Source: Christensenellaceae bacterium (lineage in GTDB: Bacteria; Bacillota; Clostridia; Christensenellales; DTU072). From it: a DNA stretch of 64,000 nt. The notes beneath the pieces were generated by a model. The model was not told the origin of the DNA, made no database searches, and worked only from the letters and a program-made list of their open reading frames with translations. Positions 57,444 through 64,000 of the stretch are shown here, in pieces. Both the position numbers and the translations under genes were made by a program. Position 1 is the stretch's first letter, and each line of letters opens with the position of its first letter. Location: assembly GCA_031259965.1 (NCBI GenBank), contig JAIRKT010000022.1, positions 17,997 through 81,996 on the forward strand, read 5' to 3'.

Positions 57444-57472
57444 TTGACATTAATAAGTATTAATGATAATAT
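57444..57472 (+). promoter_or_regulatory. Promoter of the XRE-cupin/potABCD operon
   Basis: TTGACA (57444-57449), 17-nt spacer, TAATAT (57467-57472). The TTG of the -35 box is what the ORF track used as a start codon. Confidence 0.65.
57448..57465. promoter_or_regulatory. Perfect 18-bp palindrome (candidate operator) inside the promoter spacer
   Basis: CATTAATA-AG-TATTAATG. The arms are exact reverse complements, and the site overlaps the -35/-10 spacer. Confidence 0.5.
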
Positions 57473-57500
57473 ATATAAATCAAAATCCCAGGGGATATAT

Positions 57501-58034
57501 ATGGAAATAGGTGGAAGGTTAAAAGCCTTGCGATTAACGATTGGCTTGACTCAAGAAGAATTAGCTAGTAGAGCGGAATTGACTAAGGGTTATATAAGTC
57601 AGTTAGAGAACAATATATGCAGTCCGTCTATTGCTACGCTTAGTGACATACTTAGTATTTTAGGCACAGATTTAGCAAAATTCTTTTCAGTGACTGAGCG
57701 GGAAAAAGTTGTTTTCAAGAAAAATGATTTTTTTGAATCTGAAAATGGTGATGGTATTAATATCTGGCTTATACCCAATTCACAAAAAAACGAAATGGAG
57801 CCCATTATTTTGACATTGCCACCAGCAGGCTCGTCAAAAACCAGATATCCATTTGAGGGGGAGGAATTTGGTTATGTACTTGATGGGAAAATCGAGATTA
57901 TAACTGAAAATAACACTTTTACTGTGAAGAAAGGCGAAGCCTTTTATATCAATGGAAGTACGGAGCACAAGATTGTAAATGCGGGTGTTGGAAACGTAAA
58001 ACTACTATGGATCACAACACCGAGCAATTTTTAA
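57501..58034 (+). CDS. XRE-family HTH plus cupin transcriptional regulator, PuuR-like (177 aa)
   Basis: ATG at 57501 with an AGGGGA RBS. The N-terminus RLKALRLTIGLTQEELASRAELTKGYISQLENN is an HTH_3/XRE motif. The C-terminal G-x-E-x-GYVLDGKIEI...GEAFYINGSTEHKIVN is a cupin_2 pattern. Confidence 0.85.
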   Translation: MEIGGRLKALRLTIGLTQEELASRAELTKGYISQLENNICSPSIATLSDILSILGTDLAKFFSVTEREKVVFKKNDFFESENGDGINIWLIPNSQKNEMEPIILTLPPAGSSKTRYPFEGEEFGYVLDGKIEIITENNTFTVKKGEAFYINGSTEHKIVNAGVGNVKLLWITTPSNF

Positions 58035-58048
58035 TGGAACAAGGAAAA

Positions 58049-59512
58049 ATGGCTACAGATAAGATAATTGAATTAAAAAATTTATGCAAGAGTTATGACG
58101 AGAAACCTGTTGTTAAAAATGTTACTCTCTCGATTAAGAAAGGCGAGTTTGTGACATTACTAGGCCCATCTGGATGTGGAAAAACCACAACTCTTAGAAT
58201 GATTGCTGGTTTTGAAAAACCAACATCGGGCAGTGTTCATATATCAGGCAATGACATGACTCAAAGCCCACCTTATGCGAGAAATGTTAACACAGTTTTT
58301 CAGAATTATGCTTTATTTCCGCATCTGAATGTATTCAATAACATAGCGTTTGGTTTAAAGTTTAAATGCATTAATGATGGTACATTCTTTACAGACAAAA
58401 ATGGTGTAAAATATGCTAATCTAAGAAAATTCACAAAAACTGAAATTACAAACAAAGTCAAAAATGCATTAAAAATGGTAGATTTGGAAGAGTATGAAAA
58501 AAGAAATGTTTCAAGTTTATCAGGCGGACAGAAGCAGCGCGTTGCAATTGCTAGATCCCTAGTTAATGAACCAGACGTGCTACTATTAGATGAACCTCTA
58601 GGTGCACTCGATTTAAAAATGCGAAAAGATATGCAACTTGAATTAATGAACATGCACAAGAAACTGGGTATAACCTTCGTTTATGTAACACATGATCAGG
58701 AAGAGGCGTTAACAATGAGTGATACTATTGTTGTAATGAAAGATGGTGTTATTCAGCAAATTGGAACTCCTCAAAAGGTTTATGATGAGCCTGCTAATGC
58801 TTTTGTTGCTGATTTTATAGGAGAATCGAATATTTTTAGTGGCACAATGATAGCCGATTTTAAAGTAGAATTTTGTGACCATTTGTTTGAATGTGTTGAT
58901 AAAGGTTTTAAGTTTAATGAACCCATAGATGTGATTATACGCCCTGAAGATGTGAAAATATGCAATCCAGACGAAGACATTACACAATTAACAGCAGTTG
59001 TCAGTTCATGTGTATTTAAAGGAGATCATTTCCAAATCACCGTCATAATTAACGGTGGAGAAGATTATGAAATGCTTATACATGATAATATAGAATGCAA
59101 GGTTAACGCTACTGTTGGTTTGTGTATAAAACCATTTGATTTACACATTATGCATAAGGCTCGAATTATTAATGAAATAAAGACTGAAATGTGGGATTTT
59201 AATATTGTGGAGATTTCAGGTGGCAAATTCCCATGTAATTGTGACCTACCCAGTGGTACTAAAGTTTTAGTTAGTATTGATTTTGACGATGTTGTCATAC
59301 ATGATGATGAGGATCAGGGAATTATAGGTGGGGAGGTAATTAATACAATATACAAAGGTAATTATTATCAATGTGTAATACGCACAGATGATTACTATGA
59401 TTTTTTCGTGGATACTGAAGACGATTGGCTTAAAGGTGATAGAGTGGGCATATCGGTTAATCCTGATAAGATTGTAATAAAGAAAATAGAGGACACGCAA
59501 AATGGGGACTAA
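58049..59512 (+). CDS. potA: Spermidine/putrescine ABC transporter ATPase, extended form (487 aa from ATG 58049)
   Basis: Walker A GPSGCGKTT, Q-loop VFQNYALFPH, signature LSGGQKQRVAIAR, Walker B LLLDEPLGALD and H-loop VTHDQ. The tracked ORF starts at 58007 inside the regulator gene; I prefer 58049 (AAGGA upstream, then ATDKIIELKNL). Confidence 0.9.
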   Translation: MATDKIIELKNLCKSYDEKPVVKNVTLSIKKGEFVTLLGPSGCGKTTTLRMIAGFEKPTSGSVHISGNDMTQSPPYARNVNTVFQNYALFPHLNVFNNIAFGLKFKCINDGTFFTDKNGVKYANLRKFTKTEITNKVKNALKMVDLEEYEKRNVSSLSGGQKQRVAIARSLVNEPDVLLLDEPLGALDLKMRKDMQLELMNMHKKLGITFVYVTHDQEEALTMSDTIVVMKDGVIQQIGTPQKVYDEPANAFVADFIGESNIFSGTMIADFKVEFCDHLFECVDKGFKFNEPIDVIIRPEDVKICNPDEDITQLTAVVSSCVFKGDHFQITVIINGGEDYEMLIHDNIECKVNATVGLCIKPFDLHIMHKARIINEIKTEMWDFNIVEISGGKFPCNCDLPSGTKVLVSIDFDDVVIHDDEDQGIIGGEVINTIYKGNYYQCVIRTDDYYDFFVDTEDDWLKGDRVGISVNPDKIVIKKIEDTQNGD

Positions 59513-60323
59513 AATTAAAAACATTAGCATGAAAATTGCGAGTAGAATCAAAAATTTTAGAATTACAAGAAGTGTATTTGCATATCCATATGTACTTTTC
59601 TTAATGATGTTTGTTATAATGCCTTTAGTAATATTATTAATTAACGCTTTCATTGTTAATGAAAAATTTTCATTTGAGAATTTTGCAAACTTCTTTAATG
59701 ACGGGTCGAGCGTAGATACATTGATGTTTTCCTTATTAATAGGGATTATAACGACTGTACTTTGCATATTACTAGGCTATCCTGTAGCGTATATCCTCTC
59801 CAAATGGTCATCTGGGAGGTTAATTGTGCTTTTATTTATTCTACCAATGTGGGTGAATTTTTTGATACGCACTTTGTCTACCAGATTTATGTTTGAAGCG
59901 ATTGGCATTAAATTGGGAGTGGGTACTTTGATATTTGGGCTTGTATATAACTATATTCCCTTTATGATTTTGCCACTTCACACGACACTCTCAAACATAG
60001 ATAAAAGTTTTTCTGAGGCAGCTAGTGATTTGGGTGCAAATCCAATAAACACTTTTTTCAAAATAACATTCCCATTATCAATCCCTGGGATATTGAGTGG
60101 GATAACAATGGTATTTATACCAACCATTTCGACTTTTGCGATAAGTCAATTTTTAGGAGGCACAAGTTCGCATTTGTTTGGAGATTCAATCAACACGAAA
60201 TTCGAGCATCAGCTTTATGGAGTTGGCAGTGTTATGTCAATTATAATGTTGATTTTTGTTCTGATTTCGAATTATTTCATGCAAAAAACTAACAAAGGAG
60301 AGGCTGCACGTAATTTATGGTAA
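59502..60323 (+). CDS. potB: Spermidine/putrescine ABC transporter permease
   Basis: 273 aa with 6 TM helices and the EAA loop SFSEAASDLGANPINTFFKITFPLSIPG. AGAGGA RBS. Overlaps potA by 11 nt. Confidence 0.88.
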   Translation: MGTKIKNISMKIASRIKNFRITRSVFAYPYVLFLMMFVIMPLVILLINAFIVNEKFSFENFANFFNDGSSVDTLMFSLLIGIITTVLCILLGYPVAYILSKWSSGRLIVLLFILPMWVNFLIRTLSTRFMFEAIGIKLGVGTLIFGLVYNYIPFMILPLHTTLSNIDKSFSEAASDLGANPINTFFKITFPLSIPGILSGITMVFIPTISTFAISQFLGGTSSHLFGDSINTKFEHQLYGVGSVMSIIMLIFVLISNYFMQKTNKGEAARNLW

Positions 60324-61141
60324 ATGCTAGTCATACAAAAAAAATATTAGAACGTAGCTATATTATAGTCGCGTTAATTCTATTATATACACCTATATTA
60401 TTGATGATAATATTTTCGTTTTTTAATACTTCCGCATTTTCCTTTAAAAATGGGTTTTCGTTTGATGCATATGAATCATTATTCAATTCATCCAATTCGA
60501 AAAAATTAGAAGACGCATTAAAAAACACTATAATAATAGCCGCTGTTTCATCAGTTATATCAACTATTCTAGGTGCGGTTGCTGCAATAGGCATATACTC
60601 AATGTCTAAGCGCTCAAGAAAAATTGTTGAGAATATAAACCAGTTGCCTGTAATTAACTCTGAAATAGTAATTGCCGTATCATTAATGCTCTTTTTTGTA
60701 ACATTTAAATTTCCAGCAGGATATACTAGATTGCTAATAGGGCATATATCTTTTTGTACACCCTACGTTATTTTGTCTGTAATGCCCAGGCTAATGCAGA
60801 TGGATTCTAATATTTATGAAGCAGCACTTGACTTAGGTGCCACACCACTTCGCGCAATAATAACAGTGATTATTCCAATAATATCACCAGGGATATTATC
60901 AGGCTTTGCAATGGCCTTTACAATTTCTGTAGATGACTTTATTATAACACAATTAAACAAGGGAACAACAACAGGTATTGACACATTAAGTACTTATATT
61001 TATTCTTCAATGCATACAGCAGGTGGTTTAAAAGCATATTGGTTTGCAGCATTTTCATTAATTATAGTACTAGTGGTAGGCACACTACTTTTAATAAATT
61101 TAAGAAAGTATAAATCGAAAGCGCATATTAAAATACAATGA
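60317..61141 (+). CDS. potC: Spermidine/putrescine ABC transporter permease
   Basis: 274 aa with 6 TM helices and the EAA loop IYEAALDLGATPLRAIITVIIPIISPG. Overlaps potB by 7 nt. Confidence 0.88.
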   Translation: MVNASHTKKILERSYIIVALILLYTPILLMIIFSFFNTSAFSFKNGFSFDAYESLFNSSNSKKLEDALKNTIIIAAVSSVISTILGAVAAIGIYSMSKRSRKIVENINQLPVINSEIVIAVSLMLFFVTFKFPAGYTRLLIGHISFCTPYVILSVMPRLMQMDSNIYEAALDLGATPLRAIITVIIPIISPGILSGFAMAFTISVDDFIITQLNKGTTTGIDTLSTYIYSSMHTAGGLKAYWFAAFSLIIVLVVGTLLLINLRKYKSKAHIKIQ

Positions 61142-61169
61142 TAAAAATATATATTTAAGGAGAAATTTA

Positions 61170-62486
61170 ATGAAAAGATTTTTGGGTTCATTATGTTTGA
61201 TTGTTTTTGCAGTTGGACTAATAATGGCTATAAATGTGCCACTTGTGGCAGGTGCAGCAAAAGATCAGTTAGTCGTATATAATTGGGCAGATTATATAGA
61301 TTTAGATGTTTTGGATGAGTTTGAAGCGGAGTATGATGTTGAGATTACATATTCAATCTTTGACACAAATGAAATAATGTTAGGAACTATTATGAATGAT
61401 AAGAATACATCAATTGATTTAATATGTCCCTCAGATTATGCAATAGAGCGCATGTTGAATAATTCTTTAATAGATGAAATTGATACTTCAAAATTGACAA
61501 ACTATTCAAATGTAAACGCGAGCATAATTACAAAAGTTGATGATACTTTTGAAGATTTAACAGACTCTGGTGCAAATAAAAAAATGAGCAGTTATTTTGT
61601 TCCATATTTTTATGGAACGGTGGGAGTATTATATAACAAAAAGCATGTTGATAAAAGTGTAGCTGAAGAAGCCGGATATGGCTTGTTATGGAACACACCA
61701 AATATTGAAGCTCTTAATGGAAAAATATTGATGAAGGATTCAATAAGAGAAGCTTACCTTGCTGGTTTGTTATATTTGAAAGAAAATGACAAACTACCAG
61801 AAAAATATGAGTCAATGCCATTATCTAAACTAATTAATACCCTAGATGATGAACTAATAGAGCTAGTAGAGACTGTCTTTAAAGATCAAAAAAGGCTATT
61901 GAAGGAATATGAAGTTGATACAGGAAAAAATTACATGGAAAACGAAGAGGCATATGTCTCTCTTGCCTGGTCAGGCGATGCTTTATACGCTATGGAACAA
62001 AATGAAAATTTAGATTATTATGTGCCTAGTATTGGTGGCAATATTTGGTTTGATGGTTGGGTAATTCCAAAAAACGCTAAAAACAAGGATATGGCTTTAA
62101 AATTTATTGATTTTATGTTGCGACCTGATATAGCAATGAAAAACGCAATGGCAGTTGGTTATACAAGTGCAGTAAAAGAAGAAGCAGTTAGAGTAAGTGA
62201 AGATGCAATTACAGTACTCGAAGAAAATGAGTTTGACGTTGATGAATTTTTTGCGGACACAATACGCTATCCAGATCTAGATAACGCAAATCTAGTTTTA
62301 ATGCGTGATTTTCCAGATGATTCTGCCCTGCTTGCAATGTGGGAGCGAGTTAAAGCTACGAGAGATTATACTTGGTTATGGATATTAATTGGTTCACTAG
62401 CAGGCGCTGCCCTTATTGGACTAGCAATATTCTTCATAATAAAAAACAAAAAGAAGAGACAAGTGGTTGAGCCAGAATCAAATTAA
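61170..62486 (+). CDS. potD: Spermidine/putrescine-binding protein with additional C-terminal TM anchor (438 aa)
   Basis: AAGGAG RBS 7 nt upstream. N-terminal signal/TM. PotD-like core (LVVYNWADYID, CPSDYAIE, YFYGTVGVLYN, AWSGDA, GGNIWFDGWVIPKNAKN). The C-terminus WLWILIGSLAGAALIGLAIFFIIKNKKKRQ is a TM helix plus basic tail. Confidence 0.85.
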   Translation: MKRFLGSLCLIVFAVGLIMAINVPLVAGAAKDQLVVYNWADYIDLDVLDEFEAEYDVEITYSIFDTNEIMLGTIMNDKNTSIDLICPSDYAIERMLNNSLIDEIDTSKLTNYSNVNASIITKVDDTFEDLTDSGANKKMSSYFVPYFYGTVGVLYNKKHVDKSVAEEAGYGLLWNTPNIEALNGKILMKDSIREAYLAGLLYLKENDKLPEKYESMPLSKLINTLDDELIELVETVFKDQKRLLKEYEVDTGKNYMENEEAYVSLAWSGDALYAMEQNENLDYYVPSIGGNIWFDGWVIPKNAKNKDMALKFIDFMLRPDIAMKNAMAVGYTSAVKEEAVRVSEDAITVLEENEFDVDEFFADTIRYPDLDNANLVLMRDFPDDSALLAMWERVKATRDYTWLWILIGSLAGAALIGLAIFFIIKNKKKRQVVEPESN

Positions 62487-62494
62487 ATTTGCTA

Positions 62495-62522
62495 ATAGAT
62501 CCGCTCTTTTGAGCGGATCTAT
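62495..62522 (+). terminator. Perfect 12-bp hairpin after potD (no U-tract)
   Basis: ATAGATCCGCTC, loop TTTT, GAGCGGATCTAT. It starts 9 nt after the stop and is not followed by a T-run, so it may be a 3' stabiliser or a weak terminator. Confidence 0.5.
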
Positions 62523-62701
62523 TGCGAATGCTAATATTAATACTTGGTATCAAGGATTTTAAATTGATTATATTAAAATAATGATTTTAGATGGGACAAA
62601 TTTTTAAAACAAACTAACAAACTACATAAGTTAAAAAATGATACAATGCTTATCAGCATTTAAATTTAAGATATATCTAGGTCTTATTAATTTAGTATGT
62701 G

Positions 62702-62731
62702 TTGAAGTTTGAAATATTGTAAATTTATAAT
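62702..62731 (+). promoter_or_regulatory. Possible promoter in the potD-downstream spacer
   Basis: TTGAAG (62702-62707), 18-nt spacer, TATAAT (62726-62731). Confidence 0.35.
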
Positions 62732-62800
62732 CACGAAGTTTAAGAATTACTAAAAATCACAACATAATATATTAAATTGAATAACTCACATGATTTCGAG

Positions 62801-62832
62801 TCTGTATTGTTTAGCATACAGATTTTTTTTTT
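62801..62832 (+). terminator. Strong orphan rho-independent terminator
   Basis: TCTGTAT (62801-62807), 8-nt loop, ATACAGA (62816-62822), then T10 (62823-62832). No annotated ORF ends near it. Confidence 0.7.
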
Positions 62833-63107
62833 AAAATTTTTAAAATTCTAATTATTCTCTGTAAAGCTTTAAATTAGTTTTTTTATACTCACTAAAGAAA
62901 ATAATATAAATTTTGTGGGTCAACTAGTTGTCATAGTGTTTTGCAAAAATTATATATCTAAATAATAGTGTTTATAACAGTACAAATTTTAAATTCCTCA
63001 TAAGCGCTAACTTTTTTTGATCTATTAAACTAAAGTCGAGTCAAAATATTGTTAAACATGATATACTCCACATTTACAGGTAGTTAACAATAAAAATTGT
63101 TAATTAA

Positions 63108-63136
63108 TTGACAAGGGTATTCTTTAAGTATATAAT
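63108..63136 (+). promoter_or_regulatory. Consensus promoter of the terminal lipoprotein gene
   Basis: TTGACA (63108-63113), exact 17-nt spacer, TATAAT (63131-63136). Confidence 0.6.
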
Positions 63137-63190
63137 TACTTATATAGCATAATAATTTTATGTATTCAAAGTTTAATGAAGGAATGTAAA

Positions 63191-64000
63191 TTGAAATCAT
63201 TTAGTAAGACTGATGAAGAAAGTAAAGTAACTAAGGTACATCTATATAAGATTTTTATTACGATGATGATAACTTTACTAGCATTGGTTGTAGTATTTAC
63301 CTTTGTGGCATGTCAAGATAAAGATCAACATGAAGATCATGTAGTGCTAAGTTCAATTGAATTAGTTGAAGGGAATATAGAGCCGATATATTTTCAAGGC
63401 GACACTTTGCCAACTAATCTAAAAATTAAGGCCAATTATTCAGATGGGAGTTCAGAAATAATAAATGTTTCTGAGGATATGATCAGTGGTTTTGATGATG
63501 AGATAGAAGGCGAAAAGGATGTAAAAATTACATATGGCGGAGTTGAATTAAAATTCACCATTACATTGTATAAAGCAATAAAAGAAATCAACCTAGATAC
63601 TAGTTCAATAGATAAAGAATATGCAGTAGGTGAACAGTTCAATTTTACAAACGCAAAATTAAAAATATCACATAACGATGAATCTGTTACTGATATATCT
63701 GTAACAAGCGCTATGTTGGTTGATTTTAGCACAGAAATTGCAGGTAACCTAAAATGCCAAATCAAATTTAGGGATAAAACATTTAACATTAACTATATAG
63801 TAACAGGCACATTTGAGTTAAATGATTTTCAAATAACATTTGATTTTGATAGCGAAAAATATAGTGTAAATGCATATGTTGGAAATTCGGCTGATGTTGT
63901 AATTCCTAGCCTTATAAATGATTGTCAGATAGAATTTATTGCACCAAAAATATTTGGCACAAAAATTATTGATATTAAAAATCTGACTATTCCTTTCATA
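63191..64000 (+). CDS. Surface lipoprotein with Big_3-like Ig domains and the start of a BspA-type LRR region, 3' end outside the window (not in the ORF track)
   Basis: I translated 63191-64000 by hand: 270 codons with no stop, running off the window. TTG start with an AAGGA RBS 7 nt upstream. The N-terminus ...MMITLLALVVVFTFVAC|QDKD is lipobox-like. The segments LKIKANYSDGSSEIINVSEDMISGFDDEIEGEKDVKITYGG and NAKLKISHNDESVTDISVTSAMLVDFSTEIAGN fit Big_3-like domains. The last residues, NSADVVIPSLINDCQIEFIAPKIFG, look like the start of an LRR_5 repeat. Confidence 0.75.
   Translation, partial: MKSFSKTDEESKVTKVHLYKIFITMMITLLALVVVFTFVACQDKDQHEDHVVLSSIELVEGNIEPIYFQGDTLPTNLKIKANYSDGSSEIINVSEDMISGFDDEIEGEKDVKITYGGVELKFTITLYKAIKEINLDTSSIDKEYAVGEQFNFTNAKLKISHNDESVTDISVTSAMLVDFSTEIAGNLKCQIKFRDKTFNINYIVTGTFELNDFQITFDFDSEKYSVNAYVGNSADVVIPSLINDCQIEFIAPKIFGTKIIDIKNLTIPFI

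Noticed and set aside
57444-57500. TTG at 57444 as the start of the XRE-cupin regulator (196-aa version)
   Set aside because: That TTG is the first half of a TTGACA -35 box with a TAATAT -10 17 nt downstream. The ATG at 57501 has an RBS and starts exactly at the HTH domain.
59267-59767. 166-aa minus-strand ORF spanning the potA/potB junction, plus several smaller ones in potA (58306-59298) and potC (60358-60594, 61000-61191)
   Set aside because: They are antisense to a canonical, tightly overlapped potABCD operon, with no RBS.
63436-63789. 117-aa minus-strand ORF near the right edge
   Set aside because: It is antisense to the hand-translated, promoter- and RBS-equipped lipoprotein gene that runs off the window.
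1-64000. Alternative genetic code (TGA = Trp, as in many Mollicutes)
   Set aside because: ORFs of 10-14 kb are intact under the standard code, and Trp is encoded by TGG. TGA also works as a stop in well-formed ATGA start/stop overlaps, as at 28480-28483.
1-64000. CRISPR arrays, tRNA/rRNA genes, transposases, integrases, phage genes, toxin-antitoxin pairs and reverse transcriptase/DGR near the repeat proteins
   Set aside because: Reading all the intergenic spacers turned up no spaced direct repeats, cloverleaf-like G+C-rich segments or recognisable catalytic motifs, and no ORF in the track matches these. This is a by-eye conclusion only.

Overview
AT-rich bacterial window (about one-third G+C by eye). 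It uses the standard genetic code, because 10-14 kb ORFs stay intact with TGA as a stop. Shine-Dalgarno sites are GGAGG-like and several promoters are near-perfect TTGACA-17-TATAAT. This fits a low-GC Bacillota/Mycoplasmatota-like organism, but taxonomy cannot be fixed from the sequence alone. The window is dominated by three giant surface-protein genes: 9041-19657 (+, 3,538 aa), 29149-43356 (-, 4,735 aa) and 44714-57094 (+, 4,126 aa). Together they cover 37,206 nt, or 58% of the window. Each uses a different repeat set. The first carries MBG/YDG-like Ig-type modules and a C-terminal TM anchor. The second has three discoidin-like modules, a GLUG module, about 30 MBG/YDG modules and a second GLUG module. 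The third has Listeria-Bacteroides/InlB B-repeat modules and a C-terminal GLUG region. Two of the giants have tightly coupled accessory genes. The 3,538-aa gene is followed by a type-I membrane protein and two polytopic membrane proteins. The 4,735-aa gene is followed by three small secreted proteins: two have TasA/camelysin-class (SipW-type) signal motifs and one has BspA-type LRRs. No sortase, LPXTG motif or dedicated secretion-system genes are visible. These accessory sets, together with a 1.36-kb divergent control region holding an orphan consensus promoter and a terminator-like hairpin, are the best candidates for something undescribed. Housekeeping genes surround and interrupt the island. 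They include a 5'-truncated SbcC/Rad50-like protein, an ABC-2-like membrane protein, queT, a GH13 alpha-glucosidase and a SPOR-like membrane protein. They also include gldA-dhaK-dhaL, a PuuR-like XRE-cupin regulator with potABCD, and a 3'-truncated lipoprotein that is missing from the ORF track. I saw no rRNA, tRNA, CRISPR array, transposase or integrase. All domain calls are by-eye motif recognition and need HMM or structure confirmation.
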